Source of the DNA: an uncultured archaeon | Lineage (GTDB): Archaea > Iainarchaeota > Iainarchaeia > Iainarchaeales > CAZILS01 | DNA length: 64,000 nucleotides | Assembly: GCA_964540145.1 (NCBI GenBank) | Contig: CAZILS010000004.1 | Location: 605-64,604, forward strand | Direction: 5' to 3' | Shown: positions 49,358-58,948 of the stretch, piece by piece | How the letters are laid out: each line of letters begins with the position of its first letter | How positions within the stretch are numbered: the stretch's first letter is position 1 | Made by a program: the position numbers and the translations under genes | The notes under the pieces: model-generated | Told to the model about the DNA's origin: nothing | What the model saw: the letters and a program-made list of their open reading frames with translations, nothing else | Databases searched by the model: none

Positions 49358-51229
49358 CTACAACTCCACGACCTTCTCATAAGGCAGGTCCTTCTTTGCC
49401 GCATTCTTGATGGCATCAGGCCTTGCATAAAACTCCTTCATAACCATGCCGACCTGGTCCATATCGTTGATGTTCTTTCTAAGCATCCACTGCAGTATCT
49501 TTGCCCTGTCCGCAAGCTCCGCATCTATCTCCTTCTCGGTCATTCCCGTAACAATGTTTATCTGCCTCACGAACTTGCTTGCCGGATTCAGGGTTTCCCA
49601 GCTATCGCTTCTAGGGTCCCAGCGGTATATGGTATTTACATTAAGCTGCTCGTTGCTTATCCCTGCCTCAATCTCTGCCATCTCATAGGTTCTCCTTATG
49701 TTGAGCCTTCTGTCCCTGAACTGGACAAGGAGCAAATCGACAGCCTCGACCTCCAAAGGCGGAATCTCTATCGGGGGCTCGGTAAGCCTTCTCAGCACCT
49801 GCTCCGCAGAGTTTGCGTGGATTGTCGAGTAGACGCTATGCCCGGTATGCATCGCCTCAAACAGCACCTCGGCCTCCCTTTTTCTCCTCATCTCCCCCAA
49901 AATTATCCTGTCGGGCCTCATCCTCAAGGCAGTCTGCATAAGGTCAAGCATTGTCACTTCCCCCAAACCTTCAGGGTTGGGGTTTTTAGTGGTGGTAGGC
50001 ACCCAGTTCCATCTCATATATTGCGGCAGCATAATTTCCCTGACATCCTCTATCGAGATTATCCTGTGGTATGAAGGAATAAATGCGCTGAGCGCATTAA
50101 GCGTTGAGGTTTTTCCGCTTGCTGTTCCCCCCGCAACAATGACATTAAGCTCGTACTGTATCGCAATCCACAGCATCGCGGCCATTTCAACACTCATCGA
50201 GTGGCTCTTGCCTATGAAATCAACAACTGTCCAGGGTCTCCTCGCAAACCGCCTTATTGTAAGCGTGTTTCCCAAAGATGAAACAGGGGAGAGTGTTGCG
50301 TTTACCCTGTCCCCACTTATCAAGTGCGCATCCAAAATCGGCGAGAGCGCGGTAATTTCCCTCCCCACTTTCCTCCCTATCTGCGAGGAATAATTCGCTA
50401 TCGCTTCCTCGCTTTCCATGCCCAGATTTGACTTCATCCACCCAAATTTCTTGTGGTAAACCGTTATTGGGGAAGAAGCAGAGTTTATCGCAACCTCCTC
50501 CAGGCCATTGTCCCCCATGAGCAGTTCAAGGTCCCCCAGGCCATACATTTCATGCAGGAGCCTCCCCGAAAGCAGATTGAGCATTGAGGGGTCCATTTCT
50601 GCGAGATATGCCTTCAGCTCCGCCTTCGCAACATCAAAGAATCTCTTTTTGAGTTCAATGCTTCTCTTAACATCGGTAATTTCGGAAACCTCTATGGGGA
50701 TTTTCTCCGCAATTTCGTCCCTCATCGAATCCAGGAAAAGCCAGGTATAGGGCCCTATGAAAGGGACCTGCACCTCGTACATAGGCCTGTGTTCAGTTGC
50801 AGCATCAACAACCCTGATTTTCACGGGGACATAATCAACGATAAATTCGTACTCGTCCAGGGGGTTCCCCCCGATTTTCGGGGGGAATTCCTTGTGGAAC
50901 TCTTTGATAAACTTTATGCTTGGCTTTCTCGCAATCATTGCGGGATATGCGACATCAACAAGCCCCTGCTTCTCGAAAACCAGGCCGACTTTTTCGACGG
51001 AATTCTGGCTCCAGTTAAGCTCCTTGGCAAGCCCGGAAATCGAAATTTCCTTTTTCTCCCTAAGGAGGTCCATCATCCTGTCTATGTTCGTTGCTTTCAG
51101 GGAAACTTTCGCACCTTTAATCTCGCTTGCCTTCTTCCCCTTTTCGGGGACTATGTCGTCAAGTGCAATTCCCTTCTTTTTTCCTGCTTCTGTTTTCTTT
51201 TCGCCCTTGGCCATATCGCACCGCTCCAT
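49358..51229 (-). CDS. TadA/VirB11-family pilus assembly ATPase with N-terminal wHTH-like extension
   Basis: GGTASGKT, SIEDVRE, ALRMRPDRIILGE, HTGH..STIHA. Confidence 0.93.
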   Translation of the reverse strand: MERCDMAKGEKKTEAGKKKGIALDDIVPEKGKKASEIKGAKVSLKATNIDRMMDLLREKKEISISGLAKELNWSQNSVEKVGLVFEKQGLVDVAYPAMIARKPSIKFIKEFHKEFPPKIGGNPLDEYEFIVDYVPVKIRVVDAATEHRPMYEVQVPFIGPYTWLFLDSMRDEIAEKIPIEVSEITDVKRSIELKKRFFDVAKAELKAYLAEMDPSMLNLLSGRLLHEMYGLGDLELLMGDNGLEEVAINSASSPITVYHKKFGWMKSNLGMESEEAIANYSSQIGRKVGREITALSPILDAHLISGDRVNATLSPVSSLGNTLTIRRFARRPWTVVDFIGKSHSMSVEMAAMLWIAIQYELNVIVAGGTASGKTSTLNALSAFIPSYHRIISIEDVREIMLPQYMRWNWVPTTTKNPNPEGLGEVTMLDLMQTALRMRPDRIILGEMRRKREAEVLFEAMHTGHSVYSTIHANSAEQVLRRLTEPPIEIPPLEVEAVDLLLVQFRDRRLNIRRTYEMAEIEAGISNEQLNVNTIYRWDPRSDSWETLNPASKFVRQINIVTGMTEKEIDAELADRAKILQWMLRKNINDMDQVGMVMKEFYARPDAIKNAAKKDLPYEKVVEL

Positions 51230-51291
51230 CTCTGCCTTTGCTTACTTAATATTTCTTTACATTAATAAAGTTATTCGCATCTGCGAATTTC

Positions 51292-52152
51292 CTATCCCCT
51301 GCACAATTCCGGTTTCCTCCCCACATTTACGTCGTTTCCAAGAACATTGAGGTCTGCATTGTAGTAGCACACCAAATCCCCGCTTTCCGCGGGGAGGAGC
51401 GCTTTTATTGTTATAGCCGCAACAGTGTCCTCATCTGCCAATGATTCCCTTATCAGTATTGAGCGCCCATCGGCCCCTATCTGCCCCACATGTATTGCCA
51501 CATAGTTGCTCCCGTCTCCCGAGAAATTGAGGTCGTATCGGTTGAGCAGCGAGGAATCCAGCTTTCCGGACTGCGTTACGGAATTGCCGTCGTTATCCCT
51601 GAAATCTATGTTCACATTTATGTCCCCGCCGGAATCCCATGCCCATGCGCCGGTCGAGAAGAATGTATCGTTCACCGAAACGTTTATGTCGTAAGCAAGG
51701 ACCCCGCTGCCGTCGCCATGGTCGCCGAACTGCACATAGTTGACTATGCCGTAATTATAGTCGTACTGCAGGCCGTTGTTGAACTTCAGTTCGGTTAATC
51801 CGTCTGTCAGCTGAAGCAAATCAAGGATTACCGTTGTGTTTTGTTTCTCATCGTACTCTGTCTCGATAAAAGTCTCAAAACCGGAGAGTTTTTCCTTGGC
51901 TATTCCGGAGGGCAGCGAGTCGGTGATTTCGATGGTTGTGTAGCTTGAGCCCCTGTTCACATCTACCTCTGTGCCGAGCAAATCGTTCAGCGTATCCTCG
52001 ACATCCTCCACAATAGCCCCCGCCTTTATGACGGCATAGCTCCTTTTCAGGTCGATTTCCCTGTCGTGTACATTGCCTGCATAGAACGCCGAGTAAAGCA
52101 GGAGCGCCGAAAACAGGAACAGTGCGGATATCGCAAAGACAAAGCCCCTCAT
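51292..52152 (-). CDS. Pilin-like protein
   Basis: MRGFVF class III-like start, TM, acidic beta-rich domain. Confidence 0.7.
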   Translation of the reverse strand: MRGFVFAISALFLFSALLLYSAFYAGNVHDREIDLKRSYAVIKAGAIVEDVEDTLNDLLGTEVDVNRGSSYTTIEITDSLPSGIAKEKLSGFETFIETEYDEKQNTTVILDLLQLTDGLTELKFNNGLQYDYNYGIVNYVQFGDHGDGSGVLAYDINVSVNDTFFSTGAWAWDSGGDINVNIDFRDNDGNSVTQSGKLDSSLLNRYDLNFSGDGSNYVAIHVGQIGADGRSILIRESLADEDTVAAITIKALLPAESGDLVCYYNADLNVLGNDVNVGRKPELCRG

Positions 52153-52156
52153 GGTT

Positions 52157-52579
52157 TCACTTCCTGTGCCATACGTTCATCTCCGCCACACATATGTTTG
52201 CGTCGTCGTTATTCACTATGAAAACCCTCTTCGAGCTTGTGTACTCTGTGAAGTCCTTCCTGCACAGGGGTCTCCTCACGACAAAGTCGGCGTTGTTCAG
52301 GTCCTCGGTAGGATAGACCTTCACTTCCGCACAGTATGCCTGCGGAAGCTGGTTGAGGTACTTCCTTATCCTGTTCACCCTGTCGTTCTGCACTGCGTAC
52401 TCCAGCTCGCCGCTCTTCTCGAGGACGGCAATCGCGTCATCTCCGAACTCCCTCAGCTGCAGCTGCCTGTGGCCTTCGAATTTTATTCCGGCAATGTATG
52501 CGGTTGCGGTAAGCAGCATGAAGAATATTATAAATGCGGCAATTAGGGCATCGAAACTGAAGATTATCCCGCGTTTCAT
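52157..52579 (-). CDS. Minor pilin
   Basis: KRGIIFSFDALIA. Confidence 0.8.
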   Translation of the reverse strand: MKRGIIFSFDALIAAFIIFFMLLTATAYIAGIKFEGHRQLQLREFGDDAIAVLEKSGELEYAVQNDRVNRIRKYLNQLPQAYCAEVKVYPTEDLNNADFVVRRPLCRKDFTEYTSSKRVFIVNNDDANICVAEMNVWHRK

Positions 52580-53082
52580 TCGCTCACCCCCACCCTCACC
52601 ACAACGCTGCTGCCGTTGTAGTACGCAGGTCTTGCGACAGTAACGACCGTTGCGTTCCCGTCCCCGTCGGTGCCGAACTTCGCAGCCTGCTGCCCCCCCT
52701 GAAGGTAATTTATCGTGATTCCCACATTGTATCTCCCCGCCCCGAAAAGCCCCTTTGCGTCGGAATAGCTTGAATTCAGGTCCACGAGCCTCGCCAGCTT
52801 GTCCCCGTCGATAACCGACCTTTCCTGTACAAGCCCTATCGAGTTGATGTCGTCGATGCTCGCCAGGTATTCCCAGTTGGCCGGGGACCCTTTACTGTAG
52901 AGCAGCTGGTTGCTTGCCCTAAGTGCCGCTTCTTTCATATCATAGTCCTTCTCTGCATTGTTGAGGCTGTTCTGGAGCGCAGTCGCATAGACTATGCTCA
53001 CCGTGACAAGCCCGACAAATACCGTGAAGGCGACGACCGCATCGGTGCTGAACATTTGCCCCTTACTATTCAACGCCCTCAA
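52576..53082 (-). CDS. Minor pilin
   Basis: KGQMFSTDAVVA, GSPANW. Confidence 0.82.
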   Translation of the reverse strand: MRALNSKGQMFSTDAVVAFTVFVGLVTVSIVYATALQNSLNNAEKDYDMKEAALRASNQLLYSKGSPANWEYLASIDDINSIGLVQERSVIDGDKLARLVDLNSSYSDAKGLFGAGRYNVGITINYLQGGQQAAKFGTDGDGNATVVTVARPAYYNGSSVVVRVGVSE

Positions 53083-55042
53083 CCCTTACTTTTTCCCCTA
53101 AATTGGTGGCCTTGAAAATCCTCGGGTTTTCGAGGAGTTCCCATATGCACCCCCCCTGTAACTGGCACTCCGCCTGGAGTATGAGCCCTATGCAGCTTGT
53201 GCAGCTCCCCTGGCAGTCGGGCGGTGTCCATGAACAACCGTCCTGCCCCCCGCAACTCCCCTCGGTGCCGAAGGTCCCGCATCCTGTACAGCCCCCGTAA
53301 CAGTCCGCCAAGTCCCAAGAACATCCGTCCTGCCCCTCGCACGTGCCCTGTGCACCATATGTATCGCATGCGGTACAGCCCCCGTAACAGTCCGCCAAGT
53401 CCCAAGAACATCCGTCCTGCCCCTCGCACGTGCCTTGGCTACCGTAGCTTGTGCATCCTGTGCATGTGCCGTTGCAGTCCTCATCCCAGCCACACCCGTC
53501 CTGCCCCTCGCACGTGCCTTGGCTTCCGTAGGTGCTGCAGGCAGTGGGCGAGCCTGCACACTCATCAGGGTTCCACAGGCACCCGTCCTGCCCCTCACAC
53601 GTGCCCTGTGCACCATATGTATCGCATGCGGTACAGCCCCCGTAACAGTCCGCCAAGTCCCAAGAACATCCGTCCTGCCCCTCACACGTGCCCTGTGCAC
53701 CATATGTATCGCATGCGGTACAGCCCCCGTAACAGTCCGCCAAGTCCCAAGAACATCCGTCCTGCCCCTCGCACGTGCCCTGTGCACCATATGTATCACA
53801 GCCTGTTTCCGTGCCGTAGCAGTTCTCGGGATCCCAGGTGCATCCCGAGTCCTCGCATTCCCCCTGCCCCCCGTCATGTGCCGAGCAGGCGTGCGGTTCC
53901 CCCGAACACCACCATATAATGAACCATGTTGCTGTACAGCCGTGCGCTTCGCATGTTGCCTGGTCGCCTATATATGTTGTGCAGGGGTCATGCGTGCCCT
54001 CGCAGTTCGCAAGGTCCCAAGAACACTCGTCCTGCCCCTCGCAGTTCCCCTGTGCACCATATGTATCACAGGTTGTTGCCGTGCCCTCGCAGTTCGCAAG
54101 GTCCCAAGAACACTCGTCCTGCCCCTCGCACGTGCCTTGCGCACCATATGTATCGCATGCGGTACAGCTCCCATAGCAGTCCTCCTCATCCCATGCACAC
54201 CCCCCCTGCCCCTCGCAGTTCCCCTGCGCACCGTAAGTCGTGCAGTCCGTGCATGCTCCTGCGCAGTCCTCCTCATCCCATGCACACCCCCCCTGCCCCT
54301 CGCAGTTAGGCTGGCTTGCGTAGTTGTTGCAGTCGTTACAGCTCCCATAGCAGTCCTCCTCATCCCATGCACACCCCCCCTGCCCCTCGCAGTTCCCCTG
54401 CGCACCGTAAGTCGTGCAGTCCGTGCATGCTCCTGCGCAGTCCTCCTCATCCCATGCACACCCCCCCTGCCCCTCGCAGTTAGGCTGGCTTGCGTAGTTG
54501 TTGCAGTCGTTACAGCTCCCATAGCAGTCCTCCTCATCCCATGCACACCCCCCCTGCCCCTCGCACGTGCCCTGCGCACCGTAGGCATCACAGGCGGTAC
54601 AGCTACCTGCGCACCCGCCTCCTCCCCATAAACATCCCGACTGGGCATTGCAGTCGATTTCCGTGCCGAATGAGCCGCATTCTGTGCAGCTCCCTTGGCA
54701 GGTCGTGCTGTCGATGAGCTCGGCGTTCTTTGTCAGCAACGGCATGTCAAGGAAATTGCCCCTCCATGAAACTTCGACAGTATTGTCGGCTATATCGACG
54801 TTATAGTCCTCGCCGAGCCTCCCGACATTTATGGTTGCCTCCGCCCCCGTCCCTCCCAGCCAGACATTGTTTATCCCCCTTGCAACCTCTGACGCGATTT
54901 CCTTCGCCTCCAGGACCTCTCTCGCATAGATATAACCTTCCGTCCTCTCCCCGTATGTGAAGACCGCGAACGACAGCACTATGAAAAGCGCCACCACCAC
55001 AACAATGAACTCCATGCTCGCCTGCCCTTTTTTCCCACCCAT
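53066..55042 (-). CDS. Minor pilin with inserted Cys-rich tandem repeat array
   Basis: KKGQASMEF signal; 18 repeats of about 29 aa; short non-repeat C-terminus. Confidence 0.88.
   Translation of the reverse strand: MGGKKGQASMEFIVVVVALFIVLSFAVFTYGERTEGYIYAREVLEAKEIASEVARGINNVWLGGTGAEATINVGRLGEDYNVDIADNTVEVSWRGNFLDMPLLTKNAELIDSTTCQGSCTECGSFGTEIDCNAQSGCLWGGGGCAGSCTACDAYGAQGTCEGQGGCAWDEEDCYGSCNDCNNYASQPNCEGQGGCAWDEEDCAGACTDCTTYGAQGNCEGQGGCAWDEEDCYGSCNDCNNYASQPNCEGQGGCAWDEEDCAGACTDCTTYGAQGNCEGQGGCAWDEEDCYGSCTACDTYGAQGTCEGQDECSWDLANCEGTATTCDTYGAQGNCEGQDECSWDLANCEGTHDPCTTYIGDQATCEAHGCTATWFIIWWCSGEPHACSAHDGGQGECEDSGCTWDPENCYGTETGCDTYGAQGTCEGQDGCSWDLADCYGGCTACDTYGAQGTCEGQDGCSWDLADCYGGCTACDTYGAQGTCEGQDGCLWNPDECAGSPTACSTYGSQGTCEGQDGCGWDEDCNGTCTGCTSYGSQGTCEGQDGCSWDLADCYGGCTACDTYGAQGTCEGQDGCSWDLADCYGGCTGCGTFGTEGSCGGQDGCSWTPPDCQGSCTSCIGLILQAECQLQGGCIWELLENPRIFKATNLGEKVRVEGVE
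53141..54700 (-). repeat. Intragenic 87-bp tandem repeat, 18 units (C-x3-C-x2-C-x8-C-x5-C-x-W)
   Basis: Units counted from the translation; several are exact DNA copies. Confidence 0.92.
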
Positions 55043-55051
55043 AAAAAACCA

Positions 55052-57469
55052 CTATGATATTACGAGGTCGATATTGTCGAACTCCGCTTCTAACCACTCG
55101 TTGTTCCCCCAATCATAGACCTTCGCCCCAAGCTCGAGGTAGTATGCTCCTGTCCCGGTTATCAGCGAGCTTACATCTATATCCTCCGAGGAGCCTTGTT
55201 CATTGGGGTTATTGTCCCAGAATATTTCATCGGTCGCATCAGCATGGCTGTCACTCCCATCTAAATCACTTCCTAAATAGGTCATCCCCGATGAGTTCCC
55301 GAATCTCGCCTTTATCCAGACTTCGTCGTTGTTGTCGAGGCGGTAATCTTCCAAATACCAGTCGAAGGTGAGGCTTGCGCTTCCCCCGTTCTGGAGGAAC
55401 AGCCAGTGGTCGGAGTTTATATCGAACTGGATACCATACGCCCCCGAGTTGTCGCTCCCCGTGTTGTTGCAGCTGTTGTCGTAGTCGCCTATGTGCACAA
55501 TTATCTTGTTTTCGCTCCCGACAGTCGAGTCCGCCGACGAATCGTCCTCGTTCGGGTCCGCGTTGAACATCACGCACTCGCTGTTCGAGGAATAGGGGGC
55601 ATAGCCCCAGTCCCAGCCGTCATACTCTGCGCCCGCCCCGAATGTATTGGCACTCGAGTTTATGTCTGTGCCGAAGTCAAGCGGCTGGGGCCTGTCGGAG
55701 GTGTGTTCGGACAGGTCGACCGTGAAGGGGCCAATCACAATGATGTTTATCTGCCTGTTCTCGTCGCTCGTTCCCTCATTGCTGTTGCCGCTGTCATCCG
55801 TGCAGTTGACATCCCAGCCGTACGTTCCCGACGTGAAGTCGTCCTTGAAGAAGTACTGTGTCACCCCCTCGGCTATACTGTTGTTTGTGTCGTCGGTCGC
55901 CCCGTTTATAACAAGCTCGCAGTTGGCTATCCCCGAGCTCCTGTCGTAGACGTTGAAGTCGAACCGGACGCCGGCGAGGTAAGAGGTGGCTCCCGGTGCG
56001 GGGGAGAGCAGGGTTATAATGGGTGCGTTTGTGTCTTCCGTATAGAAAGTCCCTGTGGTATAAACCGAGTTGTCGTCGAACTCGAACTCTATCCTGAAAT
56101 ATTCCCCATCGTCCTGTGCGTCCGCCGTGAACCTGAGCCTGTTGTCGTTGAAGCTGTCCCCTGCGGTAATCGTGAAGTCGCTGATGTCCATCCACTGCCC
56201 TGCAGAAACCCCTCCCGAGTCCCACACAAGCGTGCTGTTCAGGAAAATCCTGTCAACCTGCGCGCCGTCGTTGTCGCTGATGTTGTAGTCCAAAATCCTC
56301 ATCCTGTTTAGGGTTATGCTGTTGCCGTCATTCAGGTTCTCGACATACCAGTAGTCCAGCCTTTGGCTGTCGGAGAAATAGGCGTCGAACCAGCTGAAGT
56401 CGAAGGCGCCGGCCGCCTGTTCGACGGTTATGAACAGCGCTATCGTGTCGGTGTTAGAGGAGTCGTCCGTGGCTGTAATGGTTCCTGTGTTCATCCCTGT
56501 AGATGCCCCCCCGGGAACCGTGAGGTTTGCGTCTATAATCTCGCAGGTGTTTGCGGAAAGTGCGGGGATTGCGGGGATTGGCGAGACCCAGTCCCCGGCA
56601 TCTCCCGCCGACATAGTGAACTGCACGTTCGTGAGGTCTGTGTCCGTGGTGTTGCAGACGTTGAAGCTTTGCGACGAGCCTCCCCCCGAGAAAACGCTCG
56701 CGGTCCAGGAGGCCGGGAATATTATCAGGGGATCTGCCTCCGCCGACACGACCTCGATGTTTATCGGCACATAGAGATTCACGTCCTCGCCGCCATAGGA
56801 CGCATTTACCGTTATATAGCCTGCATAATTTCCCGCGGAGGTCGAGTTCGAGGAGAAGGATAGCGAAAGGTTGTAGTCCTCCCCGTCGTTTACCGTGAAG
56901 CTGTCCGCGCTTAACTGCATGTTCACGTCGGTGTGCGCCCAGTTCTCCCCGATGTCCACTGTTGCCGTGCCTCCCGTGCCGTTCGTTACCGTGATGTAGT
57001 CGGTTTCCGAGTCGCTCTGCGCAAGGGTGAGGTAAATCGAGGTCTTGTCGATGTCCAGCGTCCCTTCTCCGATAGCAACATAGCCTTCGTATGCACTGAA
57101 CCAGACCCAGTGCCTTCCCGGGGAGAGGTTGAGGGTCCCGCTTAACGGTGCGTTTGTTTCCGCGATTATGTCCGAGCCCATGACGTTGAACCTTATCGTT
57201 TGGTTCTCCGTGCCGCTCAAGGACTCGTCTATGGTGTCGGGAACGTCGTAGTAAACATAGCGTTTCGCGCCCTCCCCCTGCCTGTAAACATCGTCGACAG
57301 CCTCCGCAAGGCTCTTCACGGAATTCTCGGCATCTTCGAGGATTTTCCGCTTGTTCATGTCGACAACAGTCTGTGTGCCCAGAGAATATACGGAAAGTAT
57401 GATGGCTAGGGAAACAGACAGTATAATCAGGAACTCGACCGCGCCTTGGCCCCGCTTGCAGGAGAACAT
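55052..57469 (-). CDS. Large pilin-like adhesin with multiple Ig-like beta domains
   Basis: KRGQGAVEFL; DTNAP.ITLLSP, Y.W.VNCTD; very acidic. Confidence 0.8.
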   Translation of the reverse strand: MFSCKRGQGAVEFLIILSVSLAIILSVYSLGTQTVVDMNKRKILEDAENSVKSLAEAVDDVYRQGEGAKRYVYYDVPDTIDESLSGTENQTIRFNVMGSDIIAETNAPLSGTLNLSPGRHWVWFSAYEGYVAIGEGTLDIDKTSIYLTLAQSDSETDYITVTNGTGGTATVDIGENWAHTDVNMQLSADSFTVNDGEDYNLSLSFSSNSTSAGNYAGYITVNASYGGEDVNLYVPINIEVVSAEADPLIIFPASWTASVFSGGGSSQSFNVCNTTDTDLTNVQFTMSAGDAGDWVSPIPAIPALSANTCEIIDANLTVPGGASTGMNTGTITATDDSSNTDTIALFITVEQAAGAFDFSWFDAYFSDSQRLDYWYVENLNDGNSITLNRMRILDYNISDNDGAQVDRIFLNSTLVWDSGGVSAGQWMDISDFTITAGDSFNDNRLRFTADAQDDGEYFRIEFEFDDNSVYTTGTFYTEDTNAPIITLLSPAPGATSYLAGVRFDFNVYDRSSGIANCELVINGATDDTNNSIAEGVTQYFFKDDFTSGTYGWDVNCTDDSGNSNEGTSDENRQINIIVIGPFTVDLSEHTSDRPQPLDFGTDINSSANTFGAGAEYDGWDWGYAPYSSNSECVMFNADPNEDDSSADSTVGSENKIIVHIGDYDNSCNNTGSDNSGAYGIQFDINSDHWLFLQNGGSASLTFDWYLEDYRLDNNDEVWIKARFGNSSGMTYLGSDLDGSDSHADATDEIFWDNNPNEQGSSEDIDVSSLITGTGAYYLELGAKVYDWGNNEWLEAEFDNIDLVIS

Positions 57470-57501
57470 CGGATTGATTATAATATAAGTAATTAATATA
57501 A

Positions 57502-58284
57502 TTAACCTTTAATTCCGTAGAGCCTTCTCGCAACCTCTTCGGCAACATCCTTTGAATAGCCTTTATCCACAACTTCTTTTTTCACGTCCGCCTTGGTGTA
57601 GTCTGCCTTGTGCTGTTCAAGCGAGGCAACTATCGCCTCAACATCTTTCTTGTCGTCTTCGGCAAGGGCTGATGCCGGAGCCGCCGCCGGGTTCTCCCTG
57701 TTTTTGGCTATGGCTTTTTCTTCCCATTCGGCAGCGGCTTTTTTCAGCCCCTTGACAGTGCCGACCTGCCCGGTCTGGAATTCCGCCTGTTTCTTCTCTT
57801 CAGGATACTCTTGGGTTAATTTAATTTTATTTGCCTCTGTTGGCGTGGCTTCAGCCACAGGTTTTTCCATCTGCTCCTCTTTTGCCAGCGATTTCATTGC
57901 CGCCTTTATCTTTGGCTCCGGCGCCGCGGGTTCGGGGGAAATTGTTTCCGCCTCTGCAGCCGCCTTCTGGGCAGCCTTTTCTCCCTTGGCTTTTTTCTCC
58001 GCGGTCTCTCCGCCTTTCCCCTTCTTCCCCCTTGAGGCTTTTTCAAACTCAATCCCGATAAGGTCTGCGCCCGACATGTAAGGCTCGATTACCCTCCTGG
58101 TAACTGCCCTTAGCACAAGTATAATCGCAACGATGATAAACATGGAGCTTGCCCCGCCTATGGCGGCAACCGCCTCCAAAGGCAGCCACAAACCGCATTC
58201 CTTGATGCCAACGCAGGCGAGAACTGCGTTTAGGCCGATTGCAATCAGCAAACACGCCACAATTATGTATTTATGGAAAGCCAT
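57502..58284 (-). CDS. Hypothetical membrane protein with charged disordered tail
   Basis: 2 TMs, A/E/K-rich linker, KGYS..VAEE C-terminal mini-domain. Confidence 0.65.
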   Translation of the reverse strand: MAFHKYIIVACLLIAIGLNAVLACVGIKECGLWLPLEAVAAIGGASSMFIIVAIILVLRAVTRRVIEPYMSGADLIGIEFEKASRGKKGKGGETAEKKAKGEKAAQKAAAEAETISPEPAAPEPKIKAAMKSLAKEEQMEKPVAEATPTEANKIKLTQEYPEEKKQAEFQTGQVGTVKGLKKAAAEWEEKAIAKNRENPAAAPASALAEDDKKDVEAIVASLEQHKADYTKADVKKEVVDKGYSKDVAEEVARRLYGIKG

Positions 58285-58320
58285 TTTGAAATAATGAGGA
58301 AAGGCTATATAAAAACCTTT

Positions 58321-58563
58321 CTAAACAGCCATCGTCAGCAGTATCTTCCTTCCCTTCGAGTATATCCAGATTGCCGCGCTTAGCGCAGTTGCCCCTACAA
58401 GATAGAAGACGGCTGCGTCTGTCCAATTCCCCGAAAGCTGGACAACAAGCCCCTGCACAGCCATAAGGAAGAACATGGTGGTTGTAAGGATAAGCGAGCC
58501 GAAGAAGAACAATGCCCTAAGTATCTGGGTAAATATCGCCTGCCTCATGGCTATCACATGCAC
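58321..58563 (-). CDS. Small membrane protein
   Basis: Two TMs, co-oriented in operon. Confidence 0.55.
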   Translation of the reverse strand: MHVIAMRQAIFTQILRALFFFGSLILTTTMFFLMAVQGLVVQLSGNWTDAAVFYLVGATALSAAIWIYSKGRKILLTMAV

Positions 58564-58579
58564 TTTTTTCTATTTAAGG

Positions 58580-58948
58580 CTATCGCCGGTCCCTGTTGCT
58601 TTCCACTCCCGATTTTTTTGCGATTATCTTGGCCTCATCCCTGAACCCAAAGTCCTTCCCTATTTTCTTCACAATCATCGATGCCCTCAGCATGAAAAGG
58701 AAAAACAGGAAAACCAAAACAATCCCCGGAATTTCCTTCAATGAGGGATCTTCTATCGCGACAAGCCCGGATTCGAGCAGGAAGTTCCAAACCGCATAGG
58801 GAAAGCCGCACAGCATAACTGTCATCAAAAGCCAGACCATCAGCTGTTTCGTTGTTCCTTTGCTGAGTTCCCTGTATCCCTGGTATATCAGGATTCCCGC
58901 GGCAAGCCCGATAACCGCCACAAGCAGTGTTCCCAAAACGTTAATCAA
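58580..58948 (-). CDS. Small 3-TM protein
   Basis: TTG start after GGAGGTG SD overlapping the upstream stop. Confidence 0.6.
   Translation of the reverse strand: MINVLGTLLVAVIGLAAGILIYQGYRELSKGTTKQLMVWLLMTVMLCGFPYAVWNFLLESGLVAIEDPSLKEIPGIVLVFLFFLFMLRASMIVKKIGKDFGFRDEAKIIAKKSGVESNRDRR

Noticed and set aside
48797..50074. Long antisense ORFs (also 30343-31104, 34381-35409, 35821-36798, 60232-61317)
   Set aside because: Shadows of well-supported genes on the opposite strand; no motifs
53079..54648. Long alternative-frame and antisense ORFs over the Cys repeat
   Set aside because: By-products of a stop-poor tandem repeat
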